Assembly: GCA_937946835.1 (NCBI GenBank)
Contig: CALFAV010000004.1
Span: 8,787 to 72,786, forward strand
DNA: 64,000 bases
Direction of reading: 5' to 3'
Origin: an uncultured Verrucomicrobiae bacterium
GTDB taxonomy: Bacteria > Verrucomicrobiota > Verrucomicrobiia > Limisphaerales > J093
Within the stretch, counting starts at the first letter, position 1, and every line of letters starts with the position of its first letter. The notes below the pieces were generated by a model, which was given only the letters and a program-made list of their open reading frames with translations, had not been told where the DNA came from and searched no databases. This document shows positions 9,801 to 17,054 of the stretch, in pieces. The position numbers and the translations under genes are program-made.

Positions 9801-12800
9801 CGCGCGGCGAATTTGCCTGCACTTTTGAACCCCTGCCGACCGAGGCCGGCCACTACACGCTGGGCGCCGAGCATCCCGAGGTGGCCGAGGACCCGGCGCA
9901 GGACCGGTTCGCGCTGGGGGGCTTCGCGGCAGTGCCGGAGCGCCTGAGCCTGCGCCTGGCCCCTTTCACCCCGGTGAGCGGCCGGCTCGAATTGCGCAAC
10001 CGCGGCGCCGTGCCGTTGAGCGGTCTGCGCGCCGGCCTGTCCAACGCCCCGCCCGGTCTGGACCTGCAACTGAGCTTCCCCGACGCCCTGCCCGGCTCCG
10101 GGACCGCGGACCTGGCCTACACCCTGAACACCACGATGACCAACCGCGCCCGGTTCGACGCGGTGCTGCATCTGACCACGGCCGAAGGCGCCCGGACGGC
10201 GGTGCCGCTGGAAATCACGGTCGCCCCCCTGCAGCCCGAGTTGGTTTCCGATCCGCCCTTCCTGACCCGGGGCATGGTACGGGGCACGCGCGCCCTGCTC
10301 ACCTTCGACGTGGCGAACGTCGGCGGCGCCCCCAGCGGCGAACTGGAAGTGCGCCTGCCAGAGGCGGCGTGGCTTGGCCTGGCCAGTGAAGCCCGGATTC
10401 CCTCGCTTGCGCCCGGCGAGAAAACCACGGTCACACTGGCGCTGAATCCCTCGGCGGACCTGCCCCTGACCCGTTACGACGGTCAGGTGGGGCTGTTCGG
10501 AGAGCGCACGTGGATCATCGTGCCGTTCCAGTTTCGGGCCGTTTCGGAGGCCGTGGGCGACCTGGTGGTCACGGTCAGTGACGAGTACACCTACTTCGTG
10601 GCCGGCGCGCCGCGGGTGACCAATGCCGCGGTGCGGCTGCGTGACCCGCTCACGCTGGAATTGGTGGCCGAAAGCCCCACCGACGCCGACGGCCGGGCGC
10701 GGTTCGCCAACCTCCCCGAAGGCCCCTACACGTTGGAAGCGGCGGCCGAACGCCACGCCACGCATCGCGGCAACTTCCTGCTCCTGCCGGGCATCGAGAA
10801 CACCGTGGACGTGTTCCTCGCCCGGCAGACGGTCATCTACCGGTGGACCGTGGTGCCGCTGGAGATCGAGGACACCTACCGCATCGTGCTCGAGCCGGTC
10901 TTCGAGACCGAGGTGCCCGTCCCGGTGGTGGTGATGGAAAACCCGCACAAGGTGGAGCTGGTGGTGCCGGGGCAGACCACGCAGTTCGACATCACCCTGG
11001 TCAACCCCGGGTTGATTGCGGCGCAAAATGTCCGGCTCATTGTCCCGAACGACCCCGATTACGAAATCACTCCGCTGGTGAGGGAGGTCCCGGTGCTGCC
11101 GGCCAAAAGTCGGGTCACCATCCCCACCACCATACGTTTGCGGGAGGGCACCGCCGCGGCCCTGGCCAACGCGCGCTCCCCGGACCCCGCCGCGGCCGTC
11201 GCCCTGGCCGGGGCGCCCGTGCCGGCCGACCCACCGCCGCCGATGTGCAAACTCCAACTGCACGGTTGCCTGCCGGGCCTGCCGCTGGGCTACACCTACG
11301 AGTACGAGTGCAACGGCCCGAGGAAAAACGGCGGCGGCGGCGACCTGCGGCCCGTGTGCGTGGACCAGGACAAGTTTGACTGCGTGAAGGACCTGATGAC
11401 CTGCCTCCTTGGGCGTGAACCCTGCGACCCGTGTGATCTGGCCATGGCCCTGATTGCCTGCGCCGGGGCGGAGATGAGCCCCTGCCTGAAGGCGACGCTG
11501 CTGGCCGCCTGCCACATCCTGAGCAAGGGCGGCGCGGGCATCATCCCCAGCTTGGGCGGCTTCCTGGAGTGTCTCTGTGATTTGTTGTCCGGCCTGGGTG
11601 GCTCCGACTCCTCGGACCCGGGGCCCGGAGGTGACGGGGGACCATTGCCCCCCGGGCTGGCTCTGACCTCCAAAAACGTGGACATCCGGGGACCGGGATG
11701 GGGGCTGCCCCCCTGCACCAACCAGGGCGGATTGCAGGGAGTGGCGTTGGCCGGTCACGCACCGGTCCGGCACGCGCCCCCCGGGGCCGGTGTTTGCGCC
11801 CGCGTGCGGCTGCGCATCGAGCAGGAGGCTGTGCTCACCCGCACCGCTTTTCTGGGCACGCTCGAACTGGACAATGGCGGTCCGCACCCGCTCGAGGGCA
11901 TTCGGGTCACGCTCGAATTCCGCGACCTCGAGGGCAACCCGGCCGGAGAGCGCTTCGTGATACGCGGCCCCGAGGTCACCGGGCTGAGTGACGTGAACGG
12001 CACCGGCACGCTGGCGCCGTTCCGGATTGGCACGGCCCGTTACACCTTCATTCCCACGCGTGAGGCCGCGCCCACCGCCCCGGCCGTGTACCACATCGGC
12101 GGCATGCTGCGCTACGTCGAGGCCGGCCAGGAGATGTTGGTGCCGCTGTACTCGGCCGGCATCTCCGTGTTCCCCGAGCCGCGCCTGCACCTGCTGTACT
12201 TCCAGCAGCGGGACGTGTTCAGCGACGACCCGTTCACCGACGAAATCGAGCCGGCCGAACCGTTCGCCCTGGGGCTGATCGCCCGCAACCTGGGCGCCGG
12301 ACCGGCCCGCAACTTCCGCATCACCTCCGCCCAACCGCGCATCATCGAAAACGAGAAGGGCCTGTTGGTGGACTTCAAGATTATCGGCACCCAGGTGGGC
12401 GACCAGCCGGTCGCACCCTCCCTGACGGCGCGGCTGGGGAACATCCCGCCCGGCGGCGCCCAAACCGCCGTGTGGTGGATGACCAGCACCCTCCAGGGCA
12501 AGTTTGTCGAGTACCACGCCACCTTCGAGCACGTGGACTCGCTGGGCGTGACCAACCTGTCCCTGATCGAGTCGGTCGAGGTGCATGAACTGATCCGGGC
12601 CGTGCGCGCCGACCGGCCCGGCGACGACGCGCTGCCGGACTTTCTGGTCAACGACGAGCCCGATCCGGACAGTTTGCCGGACACCCTTTACTTGAGCGAC
12701 GGCACGCGGGCGGTGGTCAACCCGGCCACCAACGTGCGCACCGACCGCGCCCCCACGCCGGACCGGCCGGTGGTGCAACTGAGCGCGGCGATGCCTTCCG

Positions 12801-15550
12801 GTTGGGGCTACCTCCGCGCCCCCGACCCCGGACCGGGCTACCGCCTGGTGCGCGTGGTGCGCGCTGACGGCCGTGAGCTGCGCGTCGGTGAACACGCCTG
12901 GACCACCGACCGCACCTTCCCGTCGGCGCAGGCCGGCGCGCGGCGCGAGCACCACCTGCACCTTTTGGATCACGACAGCCCGGGCGCGTACACCCTGCAT
13001 TACCGGGTGAACGATCCCGAGCCGCCGCGCATTTTGGCCATCATCGGTCTGGCGCCCGGCGCGCCATCCGCGCCGGTGGACGAGTTGGACGTGGTCTTCT
13101 CCGAGCCGATTGACCCGGCCACGTTCGACTTCGAGGACCTGGAGCTCTCGCTTGACGGGGGCCCGAACCGCATCACGGCCGCCGTGGGCATTCGGCACCT
13201 TTCCGGCAGCACCTATCGGGTGGGCAACCTGGCCGGGCTGACCGATCTGCCCGGCAATTACGAATTCACCGTGCGGGGCGAGGACCTCCGCGATTTCGGG
13301 GGCAACCCGGCGGCCAATTCGCTCTCCGTCCGCTGGGCCTTCGAACGCGGGGGACCGGTGGCGGTCCGGGTCGGCCCGGTCCGGCCCGACCCCCGCAACA
13401 CCCCGGTGAGCACCGTGGACGTGGAATTCTCCCGCCCGATCAATCCGCTCACGTTCGAGGCAAGTGACCTGGGGCTGACACGCAACGACGGGCCGAATCT
13501 GGTTGGCCCGGCCATCACCGTGGCGGCGCTTTCGCCGACCACCTTCCGTGTCGGCGGACTGGATACGCTGACGCGCGCCGAAGGGCGTTACCGGTTGACC
13601 GTGCACGGTGCCGGGGTCCGCGACACCGAGGGGCGGGCCGGGACCGGTCGGCTGAGCGCGGAATGGACCATGCTCACCACCGGCCCGCGCCTGGTGGCCC
13701 TCGAGGCGGTGGCCACGACCCCGCGCAACCTCGTGGTCCCGTCGCTGGACGTGACCTTTGCCGCGCCCATAGACCCGGCCTCGTTCGACCATCGCGATCT
13801 GACCCTGAACCGCGACGGCGGCCCCAACCTGATCACTCCCGAGGTGCGCCTCGAGCGCCTCCGCGACACGGTCTATCGCATCCGCGAGTTCAACTGGGTC
13901 GTGGGCCAGGAGGGCACCTACACGCTGACCGTGAACGCCGCCAACATCCTGGACCCCGCCGGGAATCCGGGCCGCGGCACATTGTCCACCTCCTGGGTCA
14001 TGGACACGACCCCGCCGGCCGCGCCGCGGCAACTGACCATCACCCCGGACCTGGGAATTTCGGCCGGGGACGCACTGACCTCGACCAACGTTCTGACCCT
14101 GGCCGGCACGCTGAGCGAACCCAACCTCACGGTCCGCCTGCGGGACGAGAGTGCCGGCGCCGACCTGGGCGAGGCGGTGGTCACCGGCACCAACTTCCAC
14201 CGCGTGCTGCGTTTGACCGCCCCGGGGTTGCACGCGCTGCAGGTGCGCGCCGTGGACGCCGCGGGCAACGTCTCACCCACCGCCGTCCTGCCGGTCTTCC
14301 TCGACCTGGTGCCACCCACGGCCGCCTTTGAACCGGTCGCCCCCGACCCGCGCACGACGCCGGTGTCGGCGGTGGTGTTGCGCTTCAGTGAACCCATCGT
14401 GGCGGACCGGCTGACCCCGGACGACTTCACGCTCGTCCGCGACGGAAGCTCGAACCTGGTGACCGCCGCACTGACCATCACCCACGCCTTCGGCGATGCG
14501 TTTGCCATTGGCGGCCTGGCCCCGCTCACCGCCGTGCCGGGCGAGTACCGGCTGCGGCTCTTGCCCGGGAGCGTCGAGGACCGGGCGGGCAATGCAAACC
14601 TCGAGACGGTCGAGCTCGTCTGGACCCTGCGTGCGCCCAACACCCCGCCGCAACTGACGCGTCCGGCCAATGTTCACCTCGGCCCCGAGATGTGGCTGGT
14701 GTTCACCAACACCGCCACCGACGCGGACGTGCCGCCCAATCGCCTGACCTTTCGACTCGAACCGGGCGCGCCGGCCGGCGCCACCGTGGACCCCGACACC
14801 GGCGTTTTCCGCTGGAAACCCACCCGGGCCCAGGCGCCGGGCGTTTATCCCCTGACCCTCACGGTCACGGATGACGGCACCCCGCCGTTGAGCGACTCGG
14901 CCTCGTTCACCGTGACGGTCACGGATTTTCTTGAACTGCGCTGGGGGCGGGTGGCGGTCCTGGCCGGCAGTACGGTCGCCGTGCCACTGCATGTTTTTAC
15001 CAGCGGGTTGCTCACGAACCTGGAGTTTGAACTGCGACTGAGCACGGAGCGGTTGACCCACCTGACCCTGGAGCCGCTGCGCCCGGAAATCGCCCTCGCC
15101 ACGGTCCGGGAGCTGAGCCCGCGGCGTTACGCCATGAACCTGCGGACCGGCCCCGGCCAAAGCCTCCGGGGCGCGCATCTGGCCGCTTTGTTGCACGTCA
15201 CGGCGCGCACCGGCGCACCCTCGGAATTCGTCGCGCTGGAGTCCGAGCGGGTCGCTTTCCAAATCATGGAATCGGCGTTGCCGGGTGTGGCGTTTGGGGT
15301 CGCCGGACGGGTGGCCGTGCTGGCGGAGCAGCCGTTGCTCGACGCGGCGGTGGCGGCGGACGGGTCTTACTTGCTTTCCGTGTTCGGGGCTTCGGACATC
15401 ACCTGCCAGCTCCAGGTAGCCTCGCGTTTGGGACCGGACGCCAACTGGACCGACTGGCAGCGGGTGACCCTGTCCGCCCTGGAACAGCCCGTACCGCTGC
15501 CAGCGCTGCCCTTCAGCCCGGTGTTTTTCCGCGCCGTGGTCATCCCCTAG
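3893..15550 (+). CDS. Giant (3,885 aa) multi-domain surface/adhesin-like protein with beta-helix-like repeats, CarboxypepD_reg-like, B-repeat, FN3-like, CARDB, Calx-beta-like, Cys-rich island, Ig-like (SbsA/Big-like), cadherin-like, cohesin-like and C-terminal beta-sandwich modules
   Basis: Single uninterrupted 11,658-nt ORF with a TAG stop. Domain idioms read by eye include 'IRGTVRSTTGNSIAGARVFAF' (CarboxypepD_reg-like), 'PDLxVxxLxVxP...GqxxxvxWxvxNxG' (CARDB), units ending in D-D-D/D-N-D (Calx-beta-like), 'VDxLDVxFSEPIDPATFDxxDLxLxxDGGPN' (Ig-like) and 'DADVPPNRLTFRLEPGAP...VDPDTGVFRWKP' (cadherin/He_PIG-like). The first in-frame start after the upstream TAG is TTG 3893, and no signal peptide follows it. 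Confidence 0.9.
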   Translation: MSLNGARTVAGFAQAGGALVGPGQLTVTGSGTWSGGTIRDNCVLLIPAGASGTITGSASRALVGGTVRVAGLARWEGTANIGAGEGALVEIVPGGIFELRNDEGFYHSYGGATPSLRNAGTVRKLESTGTSNLGVPFHNEGELVVLSGTLRLTRGGSSSGRFLATAPGVLEFGDGTHELSPATTWQGNGIFRVTSGTVNLAGTCELTGKAVISGGTLNFTGASASILNLELVSGELTGNGRLVFGDTLSWSGGTLRGTGEVVIPAGGRLVLSGSAGRTLRGGRTVRVAGEAVWEGSGSLSSGEGARVVIEPGGVWVLGTDADFYFNWGGERTVVQNAGLVRKSGGGGVSTFAGVALANAGTLAVDTGMCSFTGPFTQETGTFRVGLRDPTDLGQIRIQGTAPLNGTFVAIWREGFVPTVGATFPVVLYGGRSGGFTNWQLPALPGGLAWRASYLADRLQLEVTTAPTPTAQIRGTVRSTTGNSIAGARVFAFRLDPHQVLSLDTVTDASGAYRLGVTDGTWQVGVTGLPALGFREVPNQTVVVSGADQEVHFVTAPLAGQNFLVTVRVQPEAGGSVSGGGTYPEGTEVTVRATPSRSPVPYVFLNWTEGGVEVGREPAYTFMLTRHRDLVAHFAVETFTVTAANDPPAGGRVSGAGIFAYGATCTLRATPNFGYRFDRWTEEGAVLSTNAELSLVVQTNRTLIAHYAEAHLWHTVATATQPPNLAPVSGADTYTNGQTATFNAPAGLTDAVNRYTFSHYLWNGAWHTSANPFTKVFATTDPTNVTVTAVYRVQSLQPRVVAVEPDPPEPVPATTNFTLRIRFDRPMRGVPEPAVVLSNRVNGQALAFPPGGTWGTGSVSNDVYRTPPLAVTPALDGTNEVWIAGARDVYDYALLPTNALPLVVDATPPQISALTAAAGPHLAVITWVTDEPATSQVEYGETGAYGRLTPLSTSRVTAHRVELSGLMPDRRYHFRARSRDRAGNETVSAEATLTTGPAPDLSIARLTVEPPGDLTSGIPVVIRWTVTNSGPGAVTASWYDRVVVSNVPLGAVLGDTLVYHDHAALGPLPGGTARERELAWVLPDGPSGAGSLEFAVTSDALGAVFEWNPAGSAETNNRAALSRVSTLAAYPDLGVTDLAVSPVAPRSGQELTLTWQTRNSGTAPVIASFVERLTVRNLDTGETFFADLVRYDAGADGPIPPGGSRARQLSVRLPNGPRGVGRLQIEVLTDSQDHVFEYNAAGTGQLNNTATREVTATLAAYPDLVVTAVTGPTEGLPGQEIPVVWSVANLGNAPAAGTWTDQVFLSGDALPGGDLLLGSFVFTGTLPVGQTLTRTQAVSLPVFGAGPHRLRVRADAGNALYELDKTNNRGVAPLPLNLTPSLALLVSPDRISEGAGENAATGRVRRNTPATAPLTVALASSHTNKVRVPEQVVIPAGRSEAPFPVTAVDDTWAAGPAPVTLTASAPGHETATTTLSVQDDDLPQLLLRVSRSRVAEGEGPTAALAYLTRNGTTNLPLVVTLFSDRINHLAAPATVRLEAGERHLVFPLAAVDNAVLEGTVTVRLQATAPGYPAASVRVEVTDNDAPLLTLVPSVTLLVEGGPSPAATITVTRDPVTDRPLTLRPGTGGPSDLIYPPQVVIGAREASATFGISVRDDDRVNGAREIPLRVAPLADNGAVLDEYAAEVRFEVLDNDGPSLSLRLAGDVVREGDSLTATLARNTDPAAPLTVSLASSDPGEAQVPARVVIPAGRLSTAFPVTGVRDGVSDGTQPVLLTASAPGFNPATAALNVTDLDVPDLRVVEIRAPTSAVGGSVVQISWVITNAGLAAASGAWSDRVYLSRDAYAGGDTPVGGVTFNGSLAAGGTYVRSAFVTLPETPREHWFVVVTDADNALVEGADHNNTAVSAVPVRVEPAWRAVAETEVELAPCGTPVPIRGRAWYVADQSPAAGRPVEVRIRTGAVRRVLRAVADARGEFACTFEPLPTEAGHYTLGAEHPEVAEDPAQDRFALGGFAAVPERLSLRLAPFTPVSGRLELRNRGAVPLSGLRAGLSNAPPGLDLQLSFPDALPGSGTADLAYTLNTTMTNRARFDAVLHLTTAEGARTAVPLEITVAPLQPELVSDPPFLTRGMVRGTRALLTFDVANVGGAPSGELEVRLPEAAWLGLASEARIPSLAPGEKTTVTLALNPSADLPLTRYDGQVGLFGERTWIIVPFQFRAVSEAVGDLVVTVSDEYTYFVAGAPRVTNAAVRLRDPLTLELVAESPTDADGRARFANLPEGPYTLEAAAERHATHRGNFLLLPGIENTVDVFLARQTVIYRWTVVPLEIEDTYRIVLEPVFETEVPVPVVVMENPHKVELVVPGQTTQFDITLVNPGLIAAQNVRLIVPNDPDYEITPLVREVPVLPAKSRVTIPTTIRLREGTAAALANARSPDPAAAVALAGAPVPADPPPPMCKLQLHGCLPGLPLGYTYEYECNGPRKNGGGGDLRPVCVDQDKFDCVKDLMTCLLGREPCDPCDLAMALIACAGAEMSPCLKATLLAACHILSKGGAGIIPSLGGFLECLCDLLSGLGGSDSSDPGPGGDGGPLPPGLALTSKNVDIRGPGWGLPPCTNQGGLQGVALAGHAPVRHAPPGAGVCARVRLRIEQEAVLTRTAFLGTLELDNGGPHPLEGIRVTLEFRDLEGNPAGERFVIRGPEVTGLSDVNGTGTLAPFRIGTARYTFIPTREAAPTAPAVYHIGGMLRYVEAGQEMLVPLYSAGISVFPEPRLHLLYFQQRDVFSDDPFTDEIEPAEPFALGLIARNLGAGPARNFRITSAQPRIIENEKGLLVDFKIIGTQVGDQPVAPSLTARLGNIPPGGAQTAVWWMTSTLQGKFVEYHATFEHVDSLGVTNLSLIESVEVHELIRAVRADRPGDDALPDFLVNDEPDPDSLPDTLYLSDGTRAVVNPATNVRTDRAPTPDRPVVQLSAAMPSGWGYLRAPDPGPGYRLVRVVRADGRELRVGEHAWTTDRTFPSAQAGARREHHLHLLDHDSPGAYTLHYRVNDPEPPRILAIIGLAPGAPSAPVDELDVVFSEPIDPATFDFEDLELSLDGGPNRITAAVGIRHLSGSTYRVGNLAGLTDLPGNYEFTVRGEDLRDFGGNPAANSLSVRWAFERGGPVAVRVGPVRPDPRNTPVSTVDVEFSRPINPLTFEASDLGLTRNDGPNLVGPAITVAALSPTTFRVGGLDTLTRAEGRYRLTVHGAGVRDTEGRAGTGRLSAEWTMLTTGPRLVALEAVATTPRNLVVPSLDVTFAAPIDPASFDHRDLTLNRDGGPNLITPEVRLERLRDTVYRIREFNWVVGQEGTYTLTVNAANILDPAGNPGRGTLSTSWVMDTTPPAAPRQLTITPDLGISAGDALTSTNVLTLAGTLSEPNLTVRLRDESAGADLGEAVVTGTNFHRVLRLTAPGLHALQVRAVDAAGNVSPTAVLPVFLDLVPPTAAFEPVAPDPRTTPVSAVVLRFSEPIVADRLTPDDFTLVRDGSSNLVTAALTITHAFGDAFAIGGLAPLTAVPGEYRLRLLPGSVEDRAGNANLETVELVWTLRAPNTPPQLTRPANVHLGPEMWLVFTNTATDADVPPNRLTFRLEPGAPAGATVDPDTGVFRWKPTRAQAPGVYPLTLTVTDDGTPPLSDSASFTVTVTDFLELRWGRVAVLAGSTVAVPLHVFTSGLLTNLEFELRLSTERLTHLTLEPLRPEIALATVRELSPRRYAMNLRTGPGQSLRGAHLAALLHVTARTGAPSEFVALESERVAFQIMESALPGVAFGVAGRVAVLAEQPLLDAAVAADGSYLLSVFGASDITCQLQVASRLGPDANWTDWQRVTLSALEQPVPLPALPFSPVFFRAVVIP
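3986..5011 (+). repeat. Two copies of a ~124-aa beta-helix-like unit in the N-terminal region of the giant protein (3986-4357 and 4637-5011)
   Basis: Hand alignment: 'TWSGGTIRDN..IPAG...GSA.RALVGGTVRVAGLARWEG...GEGALVEIVPGG...D.GFY..YGG.....NAGTVRK' versus 'SWSGGTLRGTGEVVIPAG...GSAGRTLRGGRTVRVAGEAVWEG...GEGARVVIEPGG...DADFYFNWGG....NAGLVRK'. Confidence 0.75.
5575..6265 (+). repeat. Three tandem ~75-aa 'B-repeat'-like units within the giant protein
   Basis: Units 'VTVRVQPEAGGSVSGGGTYPEGTEVTVRATP...YVFLNWTEGG', 'FTVTAANDPPAGGRVSGAGIFAYGATCTLRATPNFGYRFDRWTEEG' and 'HTVATATQPPNLAPVSGADTYTNGQTATFNAP...FSHYLWNG'. Confidence 0.6.
6884..8020 (+). repeat. Three tandem CARDB-like modules; a fourth lies at about 9271-9600
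   Basis: Each unit opens with '(Y)PDL(S/G/V)(I/V)..L.V.P' and then 'G..(I/L).(V/L).W.V.N.G.(G/A)'. Confidence 0.65.
8031..9270 (+). repeat. Four tandem Calx-beta-like modules (~100 aa each)
   Basis: Units begin 'L(L/V)VSPDRISEG', 'LLLRVSRSRVAEGEG', 'LTLVPSVTLLVEGG' and 'LSLRLAGDVVREGDS'. Each contains '..V.IPAG(R)....F.V..V(D/R)D' and ends in 'V(Q/T/L)D(D/N/L)D'. Confidence 0.65.
13018..14640 (+). repeat. Array of five ~105-aa Ig-like modules (four SbsA/Big-like and one different Ig-like unit)
   Basis: Recurrent 'P...V..(L/V)DV.F(S/A).PI(D/N)P.(T/S)F...DL.L.(R/L)(D/N)(D/G)GPN(L/R)(I/V)' followed by 'Y(R)(V/L)..L..LT...G.Y.(F/L)TV'. Confidence 0.65.
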
Positions 15551-15612
15551 TCGTGCGCCGGGCGCTTCGTTTCCCCCGTGACCTTCCGACCCCTTCCGAC
15601 GCGGGCGGAACC

Positions 15613-16350
15613 TCAGCGACGCCGGTTGAAGGCGTCCAGGCTGTAACGGGTGAGCGCCAGCCGCTCGGCCTGGGCCAACAGCTCCGCGTCCGGCGTCCAA
15701 GGTTGCCAGACAATCCCCCACTGCACGGCGGCCTGCTCGCACAGGGCGGTTTCCCAGGTCGGCCGCGCCGGGCCGGGCGGCGGCTGCACGGAACCCTGGA
15801 TCAGCAGGCCGGTGCGGGTGCGGCGCTGGGCGGCGCCGGCCACCTTGCCTCCGCCGGCCAGCAGCACGTCGAACTGCTCGGCGCGCTGAAAGCAGTGCGC
15901 GGGCGCGCCGCGGGCCGGTTCGGCGGCCAGCCGGGTGGACACGCCCGCGCGCGCCAGGGCGGCCTGCACCCAGGCGTGTAAGCGCCGGTAACTTTCGCGG
16001 GCCCGCAGGCCGTACCACCAATGGGCGGGCGGAAACGCCAGCGTGTAGGTCCAGTCCGCGTTGTGCGGCACCACCCCGCCGCCGGTGGGCCGGCGGATCA
16101 GTGGGCGCAGGGGCGTGAGCCGCTCGGCGTCGGCGTACCGTTGGGCGTAGCCGAACGTCGCTGCGGGCACGCTCCAGGCGTAAAAGCGCAGTACCGGCCG
16201 GCCGATCCGCGGCGCCGCCTCGAGCAGCGCCTGATCCGCGGCCATGTTCCAGGCCGGTTCGCCCGGGCCGGAGCGCCACACCAGCCAGGTTTCCGCGCCC
16301 GCGGCCGGCGCGGTCGGCGACTCCGAAACGGGCGGCGACACCGCGGGCAT
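15613..16350 (-). CDS. Biotin/lipoate A/B protein ligase family protein (LplA/LipB-like)
   Basis: 245-aa ORF with 'NMAADQALLE...PVLRFYAWS.PA.TFGY.Q' and 'RRPTGGGVVPHNADWTYTL', which resembles the RRxSGGGAVxHD motif of lipoate-protein ligases. Confidence 0.78.
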   Translation of the reverse strand: MPAVSPPVSESPTAPAAGAETWLVWRSGPGEPAWNMAADQALLEAAPRIGRPVLRFYAWSVPAATFGYAQRYADAERLTPLRPLIRRPTGGGVVPHNADWTYTLAFPPAHWWYGLRARESYRRLHAWVQAALARAGVSTRLAAEPARGAPAHCFQRAEQFDVLLAGGGKVAGAAQRRTRTGLLIQGSVQPPPGPARPTWETALCEQAAVQWGIVWQPWTPDAELLAQAERLALTRYSLDAFNRRR

Positions 16351-16351
16351 G

Positions 16352-17005
16352 TTATTTCACGCCGCGGCGGGGACAGAGCCGGGCGATTTCACAGCCGGCG
16401 CAGTCCGGTTTGCGGGCGAAGCAGCGCCGCCGGCCGTGCCAGATGAGCCAGTGGCTGAACAGAGTCCACAGCTCGCGCGGCACCAGTTTCATCAGGTCCT
16501 GCTCGATCTTGAGCGGGTCCCGCTGGCGGGTCAGGTCCAGCCGTTGGGCCAGCCGCGCCACGTGGGTGTCCACCACCACGCCCTCGTTCAGGCCGAAGGC
16601 GTTTCCCAGCACCACGTTCGCCGTCTTGCGGCCCACGCCCTCCAGGCGGGTCAGTTCCTCGAGCGTGCGCGGCACCTCCCCGCCGTGGCGCTCAACCAGC
16701 GCCCGGCACGCAGCCTGGAGGGCGCGGGCCTTGTTGCGAAAAAACCCCGTGGAACGGATCGCCGCCTCGAGTTCGGCCCGCGGCGCGTTGGCGTAATCGG
16801 CGGCGGTGCGGTAGTGCCGGAACAGGTCGGCGGTGACCTGGTTGACGCGCTGGTCGGTGCACTGGGCCGAGAGGATGGTGGCCACGAGCAGCTCGAGCGG
16901 GTTCGAGTAGTTCAGCTCGCAGTGCGCGTCCGGGTAGGTGCGGCGCAGTGCTTCAATCAGCGCCGCCACGCGGCGGGCTTGAGCGGGGGCGGTTTCGCGG
17001 GGCAT
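16352..17005 (-). CDS. nth: Endonuclease III (DNA glycosylase / AP lyase)
   Basis: The real start is the internal ATG at 17005 (MPRETAPAQ...). Has the HhH motif 'LEGVGRKTANVVLGNAFG' and the 4Fe-4S loop 'CFARKPDCAGCEIARLC' (C-x6-C-x2-C-x5-C). The upstream part of the 305-aa track ORF is Arg/Ser/Pro junk. Confidence 0.92.
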   Translation of the reverse strand: MPRETAPAQARRVAALIEALRRTYPDAHCELNYSNPLELLVATILSAQCTDQRVNQVTADLFRHYRTAADYANAPRAELEAAIRSTGFFRNKARALQAACRALVERHGGEVPRTLEELTRLEGVGRKTANVVLGNAFGLNEGVVVDTHVARLAQRLDLTRQRDPLKIEQDLMKLVPRELWTLFSHWLIWHGRRRCFARKPDCAGCEIARLCPRRGVK

Positions 17006-17054
17006 GAGGGCGGCGGAAGGCGGCGTTCCGAAGATCGAAGTTCGTAAGGCGCGC

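Noticed and set aside
8612-14233. A 1,873-aa ORF on the minus strand. Similar ORFs occur at 3674..6271 (865 aa) and 14273..16279 (668 aa), all antisense to or overlapping the giant gene.
   Set aside because: The translations are Arg/Gly/Pro/Ala-rich with no recognisable motifs. The opposite strand encodes clean modular domains. Long antisense ORFs are expected in GC-rich DNA because stop codons are AT-rich.
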